Sequence record: PP355091.1
Direction: 5' to 3' (one strand)
Origin: Escherichia phage 235Ecol030PP
Length of the DNA: 64,000 nt
Under the pieces are notes generated by a model. That model saw nothing but the letters and a program-made list of their open reading frames with translations. It ran no database searches and was not told the origin of the DNA. Shown piece by piece: positions 18,968 through 29,007 of the stretch. The number at the start of each line of letters is the position of its first letter. Position 1 is the stretch's first letter. The translations under genes and the position numbers were made by a program.

Positions 18968-19150
18968 TTATCCTCGGCAATCTACTTCACATACTTTCTT
19001 GTCATCAATGAAAGCTTTAACTAATGCTTTATTAACTTCAGCATACTGAGTAGTAGCCCATTGAACGTCATCTTTCATCATTGTGATTTCTTTAGTAAAC
19101 ATGCTTTCATTCTTAAACCACCCCATAAAAACTACCTTTACCAATTCCAT
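18968..19150 (-). CDS. dmd: small protein, 60 aa (position and size of T4 Dmd antitoxin)
   Basis: 60-aa ORF immediately downstream of an early promoter and upstream of the 61.x cluster. Confidence 0.55.
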   Translation of the reverse strand: MELVKVVFMGWFKNESMFTKEITMMKDDVQWATTQYAEVNKALVKAFIDDKKVCEVDCRG

Positions 19151-19178
19151 AACAATCTCCTATTTAACCAACAAGACT

Positions 19179-19208
19179 ACTATACCATAGTCTTGTCAGC
19201 TTGTAAAC
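19179..19208 (-). promoter_or_regulatory. T4-type early promoter upstream of the 60-aa dmd-position gene
   Basis: GTTTAC-18nt-TATAGT with TGG. Confidence 0.65.
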
Positions 19209-20635
19209 TAAAATTTTAATTCATTTGCCAAAGCATCTAACTGAGCTCGAGTCGATTCATTTCTTTGATAGCGATTCTGTTCAGCTTGTATCTGTTGTGA
19301 ACCTGCTACTTCATTCACTTCAGTTGGAGTAGAATCTTGTTCAATTTCTACCCATTTCTGATTTCCTTTTTGAACACCCATCAAAAACTTATTCCACTTA
19401 TTCTTATCACCATATCGTGATTTGATTTGCTTAATGAGTTGTTGTTCAGCAGCTGCTAGCTCCTCGGTTTCAATGACCGCAAGCATAAAATCAGCTGTTG
19501 CTGGAAGACCAGCAGATTCTGCAATATCGCTCATGTTAACATCGGAAGAGTCCCAAGCTTGTTTACCAACCTGTGCTGCAGTCCAAAGAACAGTTTCGGT
19601 TTCAACAGCCAGAGCACGCAATTCCTCTGCAATAGCTTTAACAGTTGTGTAACTATTTTCTGAATAAACTCTAATGCGGCAAGATTTACAAATACCTAGA
19701 TAGTCGACAATAATGATTGTTGGAACAAAATTCTTCTTGAGCTTCAATTCGTTTAAAAGTGATCGAAATGTATTAGCGTCTGCTCCACCAGTAGGATACT
19801 GTTTAACGATTAAACGACCAAGAGTAGATTTCTCACGCCATTTTTCCATTTTTCCTTTATACTCAGCGTAAGAAATATGCCCATCATCAATGTCATCAAG
19901 AGAAACATCAAGCATATTAGCATCAATACGCTTAGCGCAAACTTCTTCAGCCATTTCCATGGAAATGTAAAGAACATTATGTCCGAGCTGTAAATAATCT
20001 GCTGCCAATGAACACAATCCTAATGACTTACCAACGTTAACACCAGCCATTAAAACGTTCAGTGTTCCAGTCTCAGCTCCGCCTTTAGTAATTTTGTTCA
20101 GAATTCTGAGTTTAAATGGAACCTTACGAGCTTTATTCATATAAGATAACCAACGTGCTTCGTAGTCATCCATCCAATCATGACCAACATAGCTATCAAA
20201 TGAAATTGATAATGCCTGGCGCATGATGTCAGGAATAGCACCAACATCCGGCATTTTCTTATTTCGTTTTTCCGGAGGAAGTTCAGCATTGGTTTGAATT
20301 TCGATTATTTTAGACGTAGCATTAAACATCGCCCTTTGCTGAACATATTTTTCTGTTTCTTTTATTAACCAGCTGTGGTCTTCCGGAGAATCAGCTAGTT
20401 TTGAAATAAGTGTTTTTACACCAGAATATTCTGTTTCAGTAAATGAACTATTTTCTAATGCAACATTTAACGCATTAATAGATGGAACGCTATGATACTC
20501 ATTAACATGAGATTTAATTAATTTGAATGTATTTTTAGCTGGACCACTTTCAAAATATTCTGAATCCATATATGGCCAAACTTTTGAAAAATAAGCTTGA
20601 TCAAATATGAGATGAGAAAGAATAATTTCTACCAC
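19208..20635 (-). CDS. 41: replicative DNA helicase (DnaB-like), 475 aa
   Basis: Walker A GVNVGKS, RecA-like core; size matches gp41. Confidence 0.9.
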   Translation of the reverse strand: MVEIILSHLIFDQAYFSKVWPYMDSEYFESGPAKNTFKLIKSHVNEYHSVPSINALNVALENSSFTETEYSGVKTLISKLADSPEDHSWLIKETEKYVQQRAMFNATSKIIEIQTNAELPPEKRNKKMPDVGAIPDIMRQALSISFDSYVGHDWMDDYEARWLSYMNKARKVPFKLRILNKITKGGAETGTLNVLMAGVNVGKSLGLCSLAADYLQLGHNVLYISMEMAEEVCAKRIDANMLDVSLDDIDDGHISYAEYKGKMEKWREKSTLGRLIVKQYPTGGADANTFRSLLNELKLKKNFVPTIIIVDYLGICKSCRIRVYSENSYTTVKAIAEELRALAVETETVLWTAAQVGKQAWDSSDVNMSDIAESAGLPATADFMLAVIETEELAAAEQQLIKQIKSRYGDKNKWNKFLMGVQKGNQKWVEIEQDSTPTEVNEVAGSQQIQAEQNRYQRNESTRAQLDALANELKF

Positions 20636-20644
20636 ACTTACTCC

Positions 20645-21007
20645 TTAAAAGAATTTAAATTTTTTCTTTGACCTTTTATTAAATGCATCTTGTAGTTGCA
20701 TTGTAATACATTTTTCTACATGAGGAGCTAACTCAGCTTTTCTTTCTTGGTCAAGAACAGCAAAGTCCATTACAACCTTTCCATCAACCCAATCCAGTTT
20801 TGTTACATACACTATATGTGTAGAACCATCTTCTAGTTTAATGACAATCTCCTGGATAACATTTTCCATAGCAGATTTAATTATCTTAAGAGACTCATTA
20901 AAAAGACGTTCTTTTCTTTCTTCTTCCCCCTCCGAAGAGGGGGATTCGTCGATAATTTCTAGATCTAAATCTAAATCATCTTTATTCATTAAATTCTTCC
21001 ATATCAC
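20645..21007 (-). CDS. hypothetical acidic protein, 120 aa (position of T4 gene 40)
   Basis: ORF overlapping the uvsX 3' end; contains a GC hairpin in its 5' region. Confidence 0.5.
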   Translation of the reverse strand: MIWKNLMNKDDLDLDLEIIDESPSSEGEEERKERLFNESLKIIKSAMENVIQEIVIKLEDGSTHIVYVTKLDWVDGKVVMDFAVLDQERKAELAPHVEKCITMQLQDAFNKRSKKKFKFF

Positions 21008-22157
21008 TTAACTGTTCTAGGTCAGTTTCTAAATCAGCTGCTGATTTACTTTTACTTTCTGGAGATTTAAATTTTTCAACCTTTGAGTTAATCAATTCAT
21101 CAACTTCAGCTTCAACAATTTCATTACTATCAATAGCACCTAACTGATAAGCACGTTTAATAGCATCTCGGAATGGTTGATGCTTAAATAAAGGACCCCA
21201 GAATGTAGTACAGTTGGTATCTTTTGCACGCCAAGATTTTTCTTCGCGAATCATCTCGCCGGTTTCTTCATCAAGAAATTCACGAGCATACCAGCCATTT
21301 TTAGGTTTTACTACAAATCCTAATTCTAGCGCCATATCTAACAATCCAGAATAAGGATCGATACCACCGTCAAATTTAACATCAATAAAGAATTTACTTT
21401 TTTCTTTAACGGTACGAGATTTTTCTACATTTAGAACAAATTGATACCCCTGAAGATCAGAACCATCTTTAATTTGACGTTTACCGATAATGAATACAGT
21501 ATCAGCCGAATACATCGGTCCAGTACCACCTCCCATAACTGTTTTACTAAACATTTCTTGTGTTTCGTATGTATGGTTAATAGCAATACATGGAATATTT
21601 TTAGTACTAAAATAGGGAGTTACGATACGAAATAAGCTTTTCATTGTTTTAGCTCTAGTCATATCACTAACAACTTTTTCATTTAAAGCATCTTCAGTTT
21701 CTTTCTTAGAAGCTAAGTTACCAAGTGAATCGATAAAAACGACTACCTTTTCGCCGCGTTCAATTGCATCCAATTGATTAACCATGTCAATACGTAATTG
21801 CTCAAGTGATTGAACCGGAGTATGAATTACTCGTTCTGGATCGACTCCCATAGACCGCAAATAAGCAGGAGTAATACCAAATTCACTATCATAAAACAAA
21901 CATACTGCATCAGGATATTGACGCATGTAAGATGACACCATTGTTAATCCAAAGTTTGATTTAAATGATTTTGATGGACCTGCCAAAATTAACAGACCAG
22001 ATTGCATACCACCAGTAATTTCACCAGAAAGTGCAATATTCATCATAGGAATTTTTGTTCGAACTACATCTTTTTCATTAAAGAATTTAGATGCTGTTAA
22101 TTCTGCAGTCAATTTAGAAGTAGAAGCTTTAATCAAACGAGATTTTAAATCAGACAT
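20982..22157 (-). CDS. uvsX: RecA-like recombinase UvsX, 391 aa
   Basis: RecA fold with Walker A GPSKSFKS; size matches UvsX. Confidence 0.9.
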   Translation of the reverse strand: MSDLKSRLIKASTSKLTAELTASKFFNEKDVVRTKIPMMNIALSGEITGGMQSGLLILAGPSKSFKSNFGLTMVSSYMRQYPDAVCLFYDSEFGITPAYLRSMGVDPERVIHTPVQSLEQLRIDMVNQLDAIERGEKVVVFIDSLGNLASKKETEDALNEKVVSDMTRAKTMKSLFRIVTPYFSTKNIPCIAINHTYETQEMFSKTVMGGGTGPMYSADTVFIIGKRQIKDGSDLQGYQFVLNVEKSRTVKEKSKFFIDVKFDGGIDPYSGLLDMALELGFVVKPKNGWYAREFLDEETGEMIREEKSWRAKDTNCTTFWGPLFKHQPFRDAIKRAYQLGAIDSNEIVEAEVDELINSKVEKFKSPESKSKSAADLETDLEQLSDMEEFNE

Positions 22158-22165
22158 ATAATACC

Positions 22166-22843
22166 TTATAGTAGTGTTCTTGTTCCACGAAATACTTCGA
22201 GCATTCTTGCATAAGATTTATTTGGAAATCCAGCTTCAATTGCTAATTTTTTAAGCTTAATAGCACCGGGTTTTCCAGAGTTTTCCCATATTTCTTTAAT
22301 CTTTTCAATGTTATCCCACATTATTGGGTCACGTTTATGTGATGGTTTATTTCTATTATAACCATATGGATTATTAAGCAAAGCTTCTTTTCGTTTTGCT
22401 TTAGTTTCTTCTGACTGCTTTTTGCCTAGCTGGGCTTTCCGGCAAACATCACTAAATCCAAGATGTTTTGGTTTTCCTTTTTGAGCTTTTGAAATTTTTT
22501 CTTTGGTTTCTGATGAAACTCTATAACCAATTCTTCTACCACCCTCTCCACCAATTTTTAAATTATAAGTCATAGGATCATTTACCACATCTATTGTTAC
22601 TAATTCTCTTTCAGCATCACGGGCTGATTTAAAATCTTTATAAAACCCAAGAATGCTTAAATTAAAATTTTTCTTACCATACTTTTTCTTGGCTTGTGCT
22701 AATAAAGTTCCTGACCCCATATAACCATCATTTAAATCATCGGTTGAATGAGTTCCATAGTAAATTTTATTATTAACTAAATTAGTTATAACATAAGTAT
22801 AATTATATTTCTTTTCTTTATGTCTTTTCATGTCATTAATCAA
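22166..22843 (-). CDS. GIY-YIG homing endonuclease (Seg-like), 225 aa
   Basis: N-terminal YVITN...KIYYGTH (GIY-YIG), basic NUMOD-like repeats, C-terminal DNA-binding tail. Confidence 0.75.
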   Translation of the reverse strand: MINDMKRHKEKKYNYTYVITNLVNNKIYYGTHSTDDLNDGYMGSGTLLAQAKKKYGKKNFNLSILGFYKDFKSARDAERELVTIDVVNDPMTYNLKIGGEGGRRIGYRVSSETKEKISKAQKGKPKHLGFSDVCRKAQLGKKQSEETKAKRKEALLNNPYGYNRNKPSHKRDPIMWDNIEKIKEIWENSGKPGAIKLKKLAIEAGFPNKSYARMLEVFRGTRTLL

Positions 22844-23684
22844 CTGCTATTGGATGAATAGCATTAAACTTATGAAATGCTTCTGATTTTTCTTTACGCG
22901 AAACGCACATGCGAAGAACCTTTAGTGGTTCATCTTCTTCACCCAACGATTTTCGTTTTTCAATATTAGAAGTTTTCCAACGAGCTTGCTCTGGAAACTC
23001 TCTATTGATTTGTTCAAGCGCTCTATTATGTTTAGAATTACTACGAATTGAACTACACCCACCGGGAGCGTGTGATTTTCCAGATACAACCAGATATTTG
23101 AACAAAGCCAAATGTGGATAACCTTGATTAATTAAATTGAGAAATGCATACATATCTTCACATAAATCAATTTTTCCATACCCAATTTGTTCTGTCGTAA
23201 GTTTTCCGAGGTCATACCATGTATTCGTGAATCCATATGAATTTTCACGATAATTACCCCAAGATGAAGTAATTTTAAAAATAGGTAGACGAGCATGACC
23301 GTGATAATACCCGCAATCCATGGCATCTTCAACATATTGAATCAATTCATAGAACTGTTCACGAGTTAATTGATTAATTTTATCTACGCGCCGTTTATCG
23401 TCTCTCTTTCGTATTGAACTCATACGAATAGTAGTATCATCATCAATCATCCATATTCGTTGACCTGCATACATATCAGTAATTGCTTTACGAGTACCGG
23501 AAATTCCATTAACATCATCAGGAATAGTTACAATTTTAGCTCTAGACCCATAGGCATCATAATAAGCTTTTTCTTCATGTTCACGCACTACAATATGGGG
23601 TTCATAATCAATCGGAAACATATCAAGGGCAGAAACTGCCCCTACACGTTGATAGCTCGGAATTACGAATTGAATCATTTCCAC
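22836..23684 (-). CDS. GT-A-fold glycosyltransferase, 282 aa (at the beta-gt locus)
   Basis: N-terminal VIPSYQR and DxD-like IWMIDDD; does not match my recollection of T4 beta-gt (351 aa). Confidence 0.5.
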   Translation of the reverse strand: MEMIQFVIPSYQRVGAVSALDMFPIDYEPHIVVREHEEKAYYDAYGSRAKIVTIPDDVNGISGTRKAITDMYAGQRIWMIDDDTTIRMSSIRKRDDKRRVDKINQLTREQFYELIQYVEDAMDCGYYHGHARLPIFKITSSWGNYRENSYGFTNTWYDLGKLTTEQIGYGKIDLCEDMYAFLNLINQGYPHLALFKYLVVSGKSHAPGGCSSIRSNSKHNRALEQINREFPEQARWKTSNIEKRKSLGEEDEPLKVLRMCVSRKEKSEAFHKFNAIHPIAVD

Positions 23685-24415
23685 TCACCTTTATAGTCTT
23701 TTTTCACAATATGAGTTTCGCCAGTATTCCACCAATGATCAACCAAGTAAAAATGACGAGAATATACATGAAGACTTCCAACATTCCATATAATAGAACC
23801 TACTTTATACTGACGAGTTGAATCGCCTGCATTCAAATCAGATACTAATTTATCTAATACGTATTTTTGCCATGCATAATCATTACGGAATCCGAAGACC
23901 ACGTCATTTGAGCGCATGCTTACTACTGCATTGACTTTCTTATCACGAATCAGGTACTGTACTGTATTCGTACACATGAAATCTGACATACCATCTTTAT
24001 TGTAGTCAAATTGCATGGATGGACGAGTATAAATCATGATACCACGTCGAGAATCAGGATTTTGACCAAGTTCAGCTAAACACATGTCATATTGAGCATA
24101 GTTATCTTCTGACCAGATAGCCCAACCATAATTCGAGTTAATTTCACCTTTAGAAGATGCTACTTGTTGCCAAATCTTTGGTGTTTCACCCGGAATATCT
24201 TTAACGAACAAGCTCTTAGATTTATACCATTCAAGTTCACGCTGAATGTATTCATCATTAAGAGCGCCAAAAATAAACGGTTCATCTGCTACAAATGATG
24301 CGCCAATAATTTCAATAGTTTTAACACCAGTTTTATCAATTACGAAATCTTTTTCCTTTAATGCAATTCCCAAATGAAGACGGATTTCTTCAACTGTCAA
24401 AGAGTCATTAATCAT
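23675..24415 (-). CDS. 42: dCMP hydroxymethylase (thymidylate synthase fold), 246 aa
   Basis: size 246 aa; position upstream of the glycosyltransferase. Confidence 0.8.
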   Translation of the reverse strand: MINDSLTVEEIRLHLGIALKEKDFVIDKTGVKTIEIIGASFVADEPFIFGALNDEYIQRELEWYKSKSLFVKDIPGETPKIWQQVASSKGEINSNYGWAIWSEDNYAQYDMCLAELGQNPDSRRGIMIYTRPSMQFDYNKDGMSDFMCTNTVQYLIRDKKVNAVVSMRSNDVVFGFRNDYAWQKYVLDKLVSDLNAGDSTRQYKVGSIIWNVGSLHVYSRHFYLVDHWWNTGETHIVKKDYKGEWK

Positions 24416-24568
24416 TTAAACCTCAATTGATACATTCATATTTAACTTGTAACAGTAATAAACCCCAACCTAAAATAATAGTTGGAATCATAAGAGGAAC
24501 CGTTACACTATAGTATATACTTATTATAACCATCAAGATTAAAAGCAATGCTGTTATAATTTTGCTTT

Positions 24569-24820
24569 TCATTCCTTCTCTCTGATGATAATTACCTGAT
24601 TTGGCTGCGCAGACTTTTTAGTTTCACCTGCAATTGACCAAATAAATGTAATAAACCAACCAATAATTGACCAGTTAAACAGTAAAGACGTGAAAAAGAT
24701 TCCTACTGTCGATTTTGACCCACGCATCAAGGCGATAAACCATGGAAGCATGTATATAATAATAGCCAACACGCCTGAAACTAAAACCATAAAAATTGAA
24801 CCTGCTACTAAAGTTTCCAT
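24569..24820 (-). CDS. imm: small membrane protein, 83 aa (Imm-like superinfection immunity)
   Basis: two hydrophobic helices; size and position match T4 imm. Confidence 0.7.
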   Translation of the reverse strand: METLVAGSIFMVLVSGVLAIIIYMLPWFIALMRGSKSTVGIFFTSLLFNWSIIGWFITFIWSIAGETKKSAQPNQVIIIREKE

Positions 24821-24827
24821 GTTTTCC

Positions 24828-25208
24828 TCACTTAGTCAAATTTTTTACACATGAATTATAAGAATTCACTACATACTCCATCGGAGCATTTTTACCTGTA
24901 CGCCATTGGTAATTATTAGCCCAATTTGCCCAAAGTTCTGCGCAGTAGTTTTCAATTTTTTCTTCGCGTGTAATTACATCAGAATTACGATATGCTTGAG
25001 CAGATTCATCTGGACGAATAGCTTCGTCAAAATTCGCCTGCATTTGTTCTACTGTTTGCTTTGGAGCTTCTTTATAACACTTGACATTAGGATTATAAAA
25101 TTTGTTTGAACAGTTTACAATTTTTCCTACATCAGACTGATTTACTACCGGTCCTTGAGCTACACAACCAGTAAGACCTAATGCAATAACCAAAATAGCG
25201 ATTTTCAT
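24828..25208 (-). CDS. putative lipoprotein, 126 aa
   Basis: signal peptide with lipobox LTGC. Confidence 0.6.
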   Translation of the reverse strand: MKIAILVIALGLTGCVAQGPVVNQSDVGKIVNCSNKFYNPNVKCYKEAPKQTVEQMQANFDEAIRPDESAQAYRNSDVITREEKIENYCAELWANWANNYQWRTGKNAPMEYVVNSYNSCVKNLTK

Positions 25209-25218
25209 AATAATTTCC

Positions 25219-25467
25219 TCAAATGCAAGTAGTAATTACTCCAGTAGTGCTTATGCAGGTATTACCCATTTGCACACCTAAAGATCCATTTGTATTCACA
25301 TGAAGATTATCATCAATTTTAACTGATATTTTACCATTAGTGTGAATAACGGTGCTAGATTTAATCACAGGTTGAGTATCATTTTCAACACTAACAAATG
25401 GAACTGCTGCTAATGCAACTAAACACACTGCTAAGCAACCATAAACAATTTTCATTTCATTCTCCAA
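25219..25467 (-). CDS. secreted/membrane-anchored small protein, 82 aa
   Basis: N-terminal signal-like hydrophobic segment; early promoter and conserved leader upstream. Confidence 0.55.
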   Translation of the reverse strand: MENEMKIVYGCLAVCLVALAAVPFVSVENDTQPVIKSSTVIHTNGKISVKIDDNLHVNTNGSLGVQMGNTCISTTGVITTCI

Positions 25468-25492
25468 ATCCGTATCAGTAGTTGATAGTTGT

Positions 25493-25522
25493 ATAGTACC
25501 ATAGAAGAACAGGGATGTAAAC
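25493..25522 (-). promoter_or_regulatory. T4-type early promoter with conserved leader
   Basis: GTTTAC-18nt-TGGTACTAT, followed by ACAACTATCAACTAC leader. Confidence 0.7.
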
Positions 25523-25595
25523 AGTTTTGTGAAAAAATTTTTAGGGAATCCAAAGGGTCCAGAATCATCTCTTTTTCATAAGTATAGATTTATAT

Positions 25596-25616
25596 TACTT
25601 GTATGAAAAAGGGACC
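25596..25616 (-). terminator. rho-independent terminator after gene 43
   Basis: GGGACCUCCAGGUCCC hairpin followed by U5. Confidence 0.65.
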
Positions 25617-25639
25617 TGGAGGTCCCTAGATTTATTCTA

Positions 25640-28336
25640 TCAGCCAAACAGGAAGTCTAACGAAGCTTTTTCTTCATAGTCCATGCCAGCCGATTCACAC
25701 ATACCCGCAAGCGGTTTAACAAACGATTTTTGGAACAAAGTTGAGTGGTCAATCCAAGATAGCACATCAGAACGAATTTCTTTTGGAAGTTCTGTACCCG
25801 ATGGCCAAGCAATGCACTTGTCACCAAATGGATTTCCTTCACGTAATGGAAGAACCATTACTTTATTTCCATCCAAAATTGGAGCTACACCCAGACCACT
25901 AACAGCTCGACGATAAGTTAGCACACCACGAATATGGAACGGACATTTAAATCCTGGCCAACCTTTATCATCATATTTCGCTATATCGTTCGCAGTTTTT
26001 ACTTCAGCAATAACTTTATAGTCAAGTTGACGATATTCTTTCTCGAAGTTCTTGTAATATTCTTGGACAGACTCTTCACCTTCCTGAAGAATACGACGAA
26101 TACTTTCTTCGAGAGCTTCTTGTACTGCTTTTGGTGTTGAACTCTGCTGAGTTTCCATACCCATGATTTTTAGATGCGGTTCAGCAAATCGCTTATCTTC
26201 CATATCATAAACGTTCAGAGCATAACGCTTTTTCGCTTTCCAAAATCCGCCAATGCCCTTTGAACCAAGTGGAGGGCAAGAAATAGCTTCACGGTCCATA
26301 TGCATCAGATGCTCGCGGTTATTCATATAATCACATAACTCACGATATGCAACATCAATCATAGGTTCCATCTTTTTCTTACCGAACTGATTCATAAATT
26401 CAACCAAATCGTTCTGCTCTTTGAATCGGTCAAGACCAACTTTTTCAATAACTTTATCTACACAAACATATACCGAATCAGTATCACCTGCTGCAATGAA
26501 ATCTTCGCCATTAGTTCCGCATACTTTATTCAGATATTCATTAATTTTACGAGCAATCCACTGAATACCAACTTGGCCGAAAATTGTGATAGCAGTAGCA
26601 TTTCGCAAATCATAGTAACGAAAATGAATATTACCAAGAGCACCGTAAAGACTGTTAATAAGAATTTTACGGTTCAGCTGATTTGTGTTAGCAAGTGTAG
26701 CTGCTTTTTCACATTCCTCAATCAGACTATTGAGAACAGATTCAGTATAATTCGATAGTTCATTTAAGAAATCATCACTGAACTTAACATATCGTTCAAC
26801 TTCTGGTTTAGTTGAACAAGACCCTGCGCCTTTCATAATAATCTTTTTAATAGCTTCGGCATTCATTTCTTCAGCGAACATTTTCTTTTTCCAATCTTTA
26901 CGTTGGAAAAATACTTTAGCGATTTCCTTTGGAATGATACCTTCTTGATGCTTATCATACATCCATCCATTCGGAGAACAAGAATATTCTTCACTTGGCT
27001 TAGGAGCTGTTCCTGCGATATATTCATGGATTGGATGAACTTTAAATTGTCCACGAATAGTCTCAGGACTAATGTTAACCTGACGAATAATGCTCGGATA
27101 CAGAGACGTCAAGTCAAAACTCATAATATATCGACGAGCAATTGGTTTAGGTTCAAACACAAATGCACCCGGAAAACTTTGTTTAACGTGCGAACCTTGT
27201 TGAGGAATAACCTTATGTTCACCTTTCAATGAGTTAAAAATAATAGCATCCCAAGTTTTAATAGGACTCATTACACCGGAAAAAGGCATTTTAGCGTAAT
27301 AAGACATACTTAAAACTAGATCGATAAACCCGCGAATTTTATCAATTGCTTGAACTGATTCTACGTCAATGATGTTATAACTAATGTATCGTTGATGATT
27401 AGTCTCACGAAGTTTATTAATAGGACCGTCGTATGGTAATTTACCTTTTTTGGTTTCATGCTGAGCAACTGATTCCAAAGAGAATGACGGCAAATTAGTA
27501 AATGCGAATTTCTTATACAAATCTAAATAATCAAGAATAGATACGCCATCAATAGAATAAATTTCTTTGCTACCGTACACATTTTGAATTAGTTTAGATT
27601 TTACTCGACCGATTGGAGAGAAGCGTTTCATACTGCGTTCACCGAGAACCATTTTAACGCGATTCATGATATATGGAACGTCAAACCCCTCAATATTCCA
27701 ACCAGTAAAAATAGCAGGTCGTTTCTGTTCCCAGAGATTGATATATTCCATGAGCATATCGCGCTCATTGTCGAATGGCATATAAATTACTCGGTCAAGA
27801 ATTTCTTGAGGAACTTCATCGCCACCTTCACAGTCAAGCTTAGCAGCTAACTTTGCATCCCATTTTGATACTGAACCATACATTGAATTCAAAAGGTCGA
27901 AAACATAAAAACGATCATCAATTGAATCATAATGAGTGATAGCATCAATTTCATATTCAGCTTTCATTGGGTCAGGAAATTTATCACCAGTAACCTCAAT
28001 GTCACAGTTAGCTATACGAACAAATTTTCGGTCATAAACAATTTCTGAACCATATGTATCACTGATATAAGCGAGTTTAAAATCGTTCATACCGAGAGCT
28101 TCGAGACCGATGTCTTCCATTCGTTTCATCCAATCTCGAGCATCTTTCATTGATGGAAATTTTTGAGGAGCGCAGTTTTTACCATAGATGTCTTTGTACT
28201 TTGACTCTTCCTTACAATGCCTAAACATAGTTGGAAGATATTCTACTTCACGAGTACGTTCCTTTCCGTTTTCATCAATATAACGTTCAACAATGTTATT
28301 TCCGACTGTTTCAATAGAGATATAAAATTCTTTCAT
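25640..28336 (-). CDS. 43: family B DNA polymerase, 898 aa
   Basis: exonuclease and polymerase motifs incl. YGDTDS; size matches gp43. Confidence 0.95.
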   Translation of the reverse strand: MKEFYISIETVGNNIVERYIDENGKERTREVEYLPTMFRHCKEESKYKDIYGKNCAPQKFPSMKDARDWMKRMEDIGLEALGMNDFKLAYISDTYGSEIVYDRKFVRIANCDIEVTGDKFPDPMKAEYEIDAITHYDSIDDRFYVFDLLNSMYGSVSKWDAKLAAKLDCEGGDEVPQEILDRVIYMPFDNERDMLMEYINLWEQKRPAIFTGWNIEGFDVPYIMNRVKMVLGERSMKRFSPIGRVKSKLIQNVYGSKEIYSIDGVSILDYLDLYKKFAFTNLPSFSLESVAQHETKKGKLPYDGPINKLRETNHQRYISYNIIDVESVQAIDKIRGFIDLVLSMSYYAKMPFSGVMSPIKTWDAIIFNSLKGEHKVIPQQGSHVKQSFPGAFVFEPKPIARRYIMSFDLTSLYPSIIRQVNISPETIRGQFKVHPIHEYIAGTAPKPSEEYSCSPNGWMYDKHQEGIIPKEIAKVFFQRKDWKKKMFAEEMNAEAIKKIIMKGAGSCSTKPEVERYVKFSDDFLNELSNYTESVLNSLIEECEKAATLANTNQLNRKILINSLYGALGNIHFRYYDLRNATAITIFGQVGIQWIARKINEYLNKVCGTNGEDFIAAGDTDSVYVCVDKVIEKVGLDRFKEQNDLVEFMNQFGKKKMEPMIDVAYRELCDYMNNREHLMHMDREAISCPPLGSKGIGGFWKAKKRYALNVYDMEDKRFAEPHLKIMGMETQQSSTPKAVQEALEESIRRILQEGEESVQEYYKNFEKEYRQLDYKVIAEVKTANDIAKYDDKGWPGFKCPFHIRGVLTYRRAVSGLGVAPILDGNKVMVLPLREGNPFGDKCIAWPSGTELPKEIRSDVLSWIDHSTLFQKSFVKPLAGMCESAGMDYEEKASLDFLFG

Positions 28337-28394
28337 AGATATTCCTTAGTTTATAGCCCGAGTTATTAGGCTCTTGATATATTATACTCCAAAT

Positions 28395-28412
28395 AAGGGG
28401 TCGAAGCCCCTT
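28395..28412 (-). other. GC hairpin in the gene 43 upstream region (possible operator/terminator)
   Basis: AAGGGG-loop-CCCCUU. Confidence 0.45.
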
Positions 28413-28414
28413 GC

Positions 28415-28636
28415 TTAAATTAGTACTATTTGCCGGGTGAAAATTGTCAATCCATCTGCATTAATTGACTTAACGACTGCAGTAAAATGTTTTTGTTCTG
28501 GGTGAACTAATTTTTGAAATTCTACCTGAAATTTTAGTTGGAGGTTTTCTGGTAAATCAAAAAGTGTTTCTGTTGCAGAAAGATTATATTTTTCTTTAAG
28601 AGACGCCATGTATTCTTGCGGGGTTATAGCAGTCAT
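28415..28636 (-). CDS. hypothetical protein, ~73 aa (start trimmed)
   Basis: ORF between regA and gene 43; internal Met removes overlap with regA. Confidence 0.4.
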   Translation of the reverse strand: MTAITPQEYMASLKEKYNLSATETLFDLPENLQLKFQVEFQKLVHPEQKHFTAVVKSINADGLTIFTRQIVLI

Positions 28637-28637
28637 A

Positions 28638-29006
28638 TTAATTACCAATCGTATATTTAGGAACGAGTTTCCATTCATGTTTTTGTTTAAAAGAAATAAC
28701 TCGGAAGTTATTAGTTAAATCTTTCATAAAAGTTCTTTGACCAGGAACGATTTCAATCAGTCCCCAATCTTCTAACAGCCATGCAATCGAATCACGACGA
28801 ACTTCATCTTCTTCTGTCATTTCAACTTGACGGCCATCCATACGAAGCATTTCTTTAAAATGAACGATATAGTATAGTCCTTTTTTCTGAAGAATATGAC
28901 AGGACTGATACAGAACTTTATCTTTATTATTAGCAATTCCCATACGAGTCAAAGTTTCTTTTACTTTCAGAAAATCTTCAGGTTTTTTAAGAGTAATTTC
29001 AATCAT
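28638..29006 (-). CDS. regA: translational repressor RegA, 122 aa
   Basis: size 122 aa and position between 62 and 43. Confidence 0.85.
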   Translation of the reverse strand: MIEITLKKPEDFLKVKETLTRMGIANNKDKVLYQSCHILQKKGLYYIVHFKEMLRMDGRQVEMTEEDEVRRDSIAWLLEDWGLIEIVPGQRTFMKDLTNNFRVISFKQKHEWKLVPKYTIGN

Positions 29007-29007
29007 T

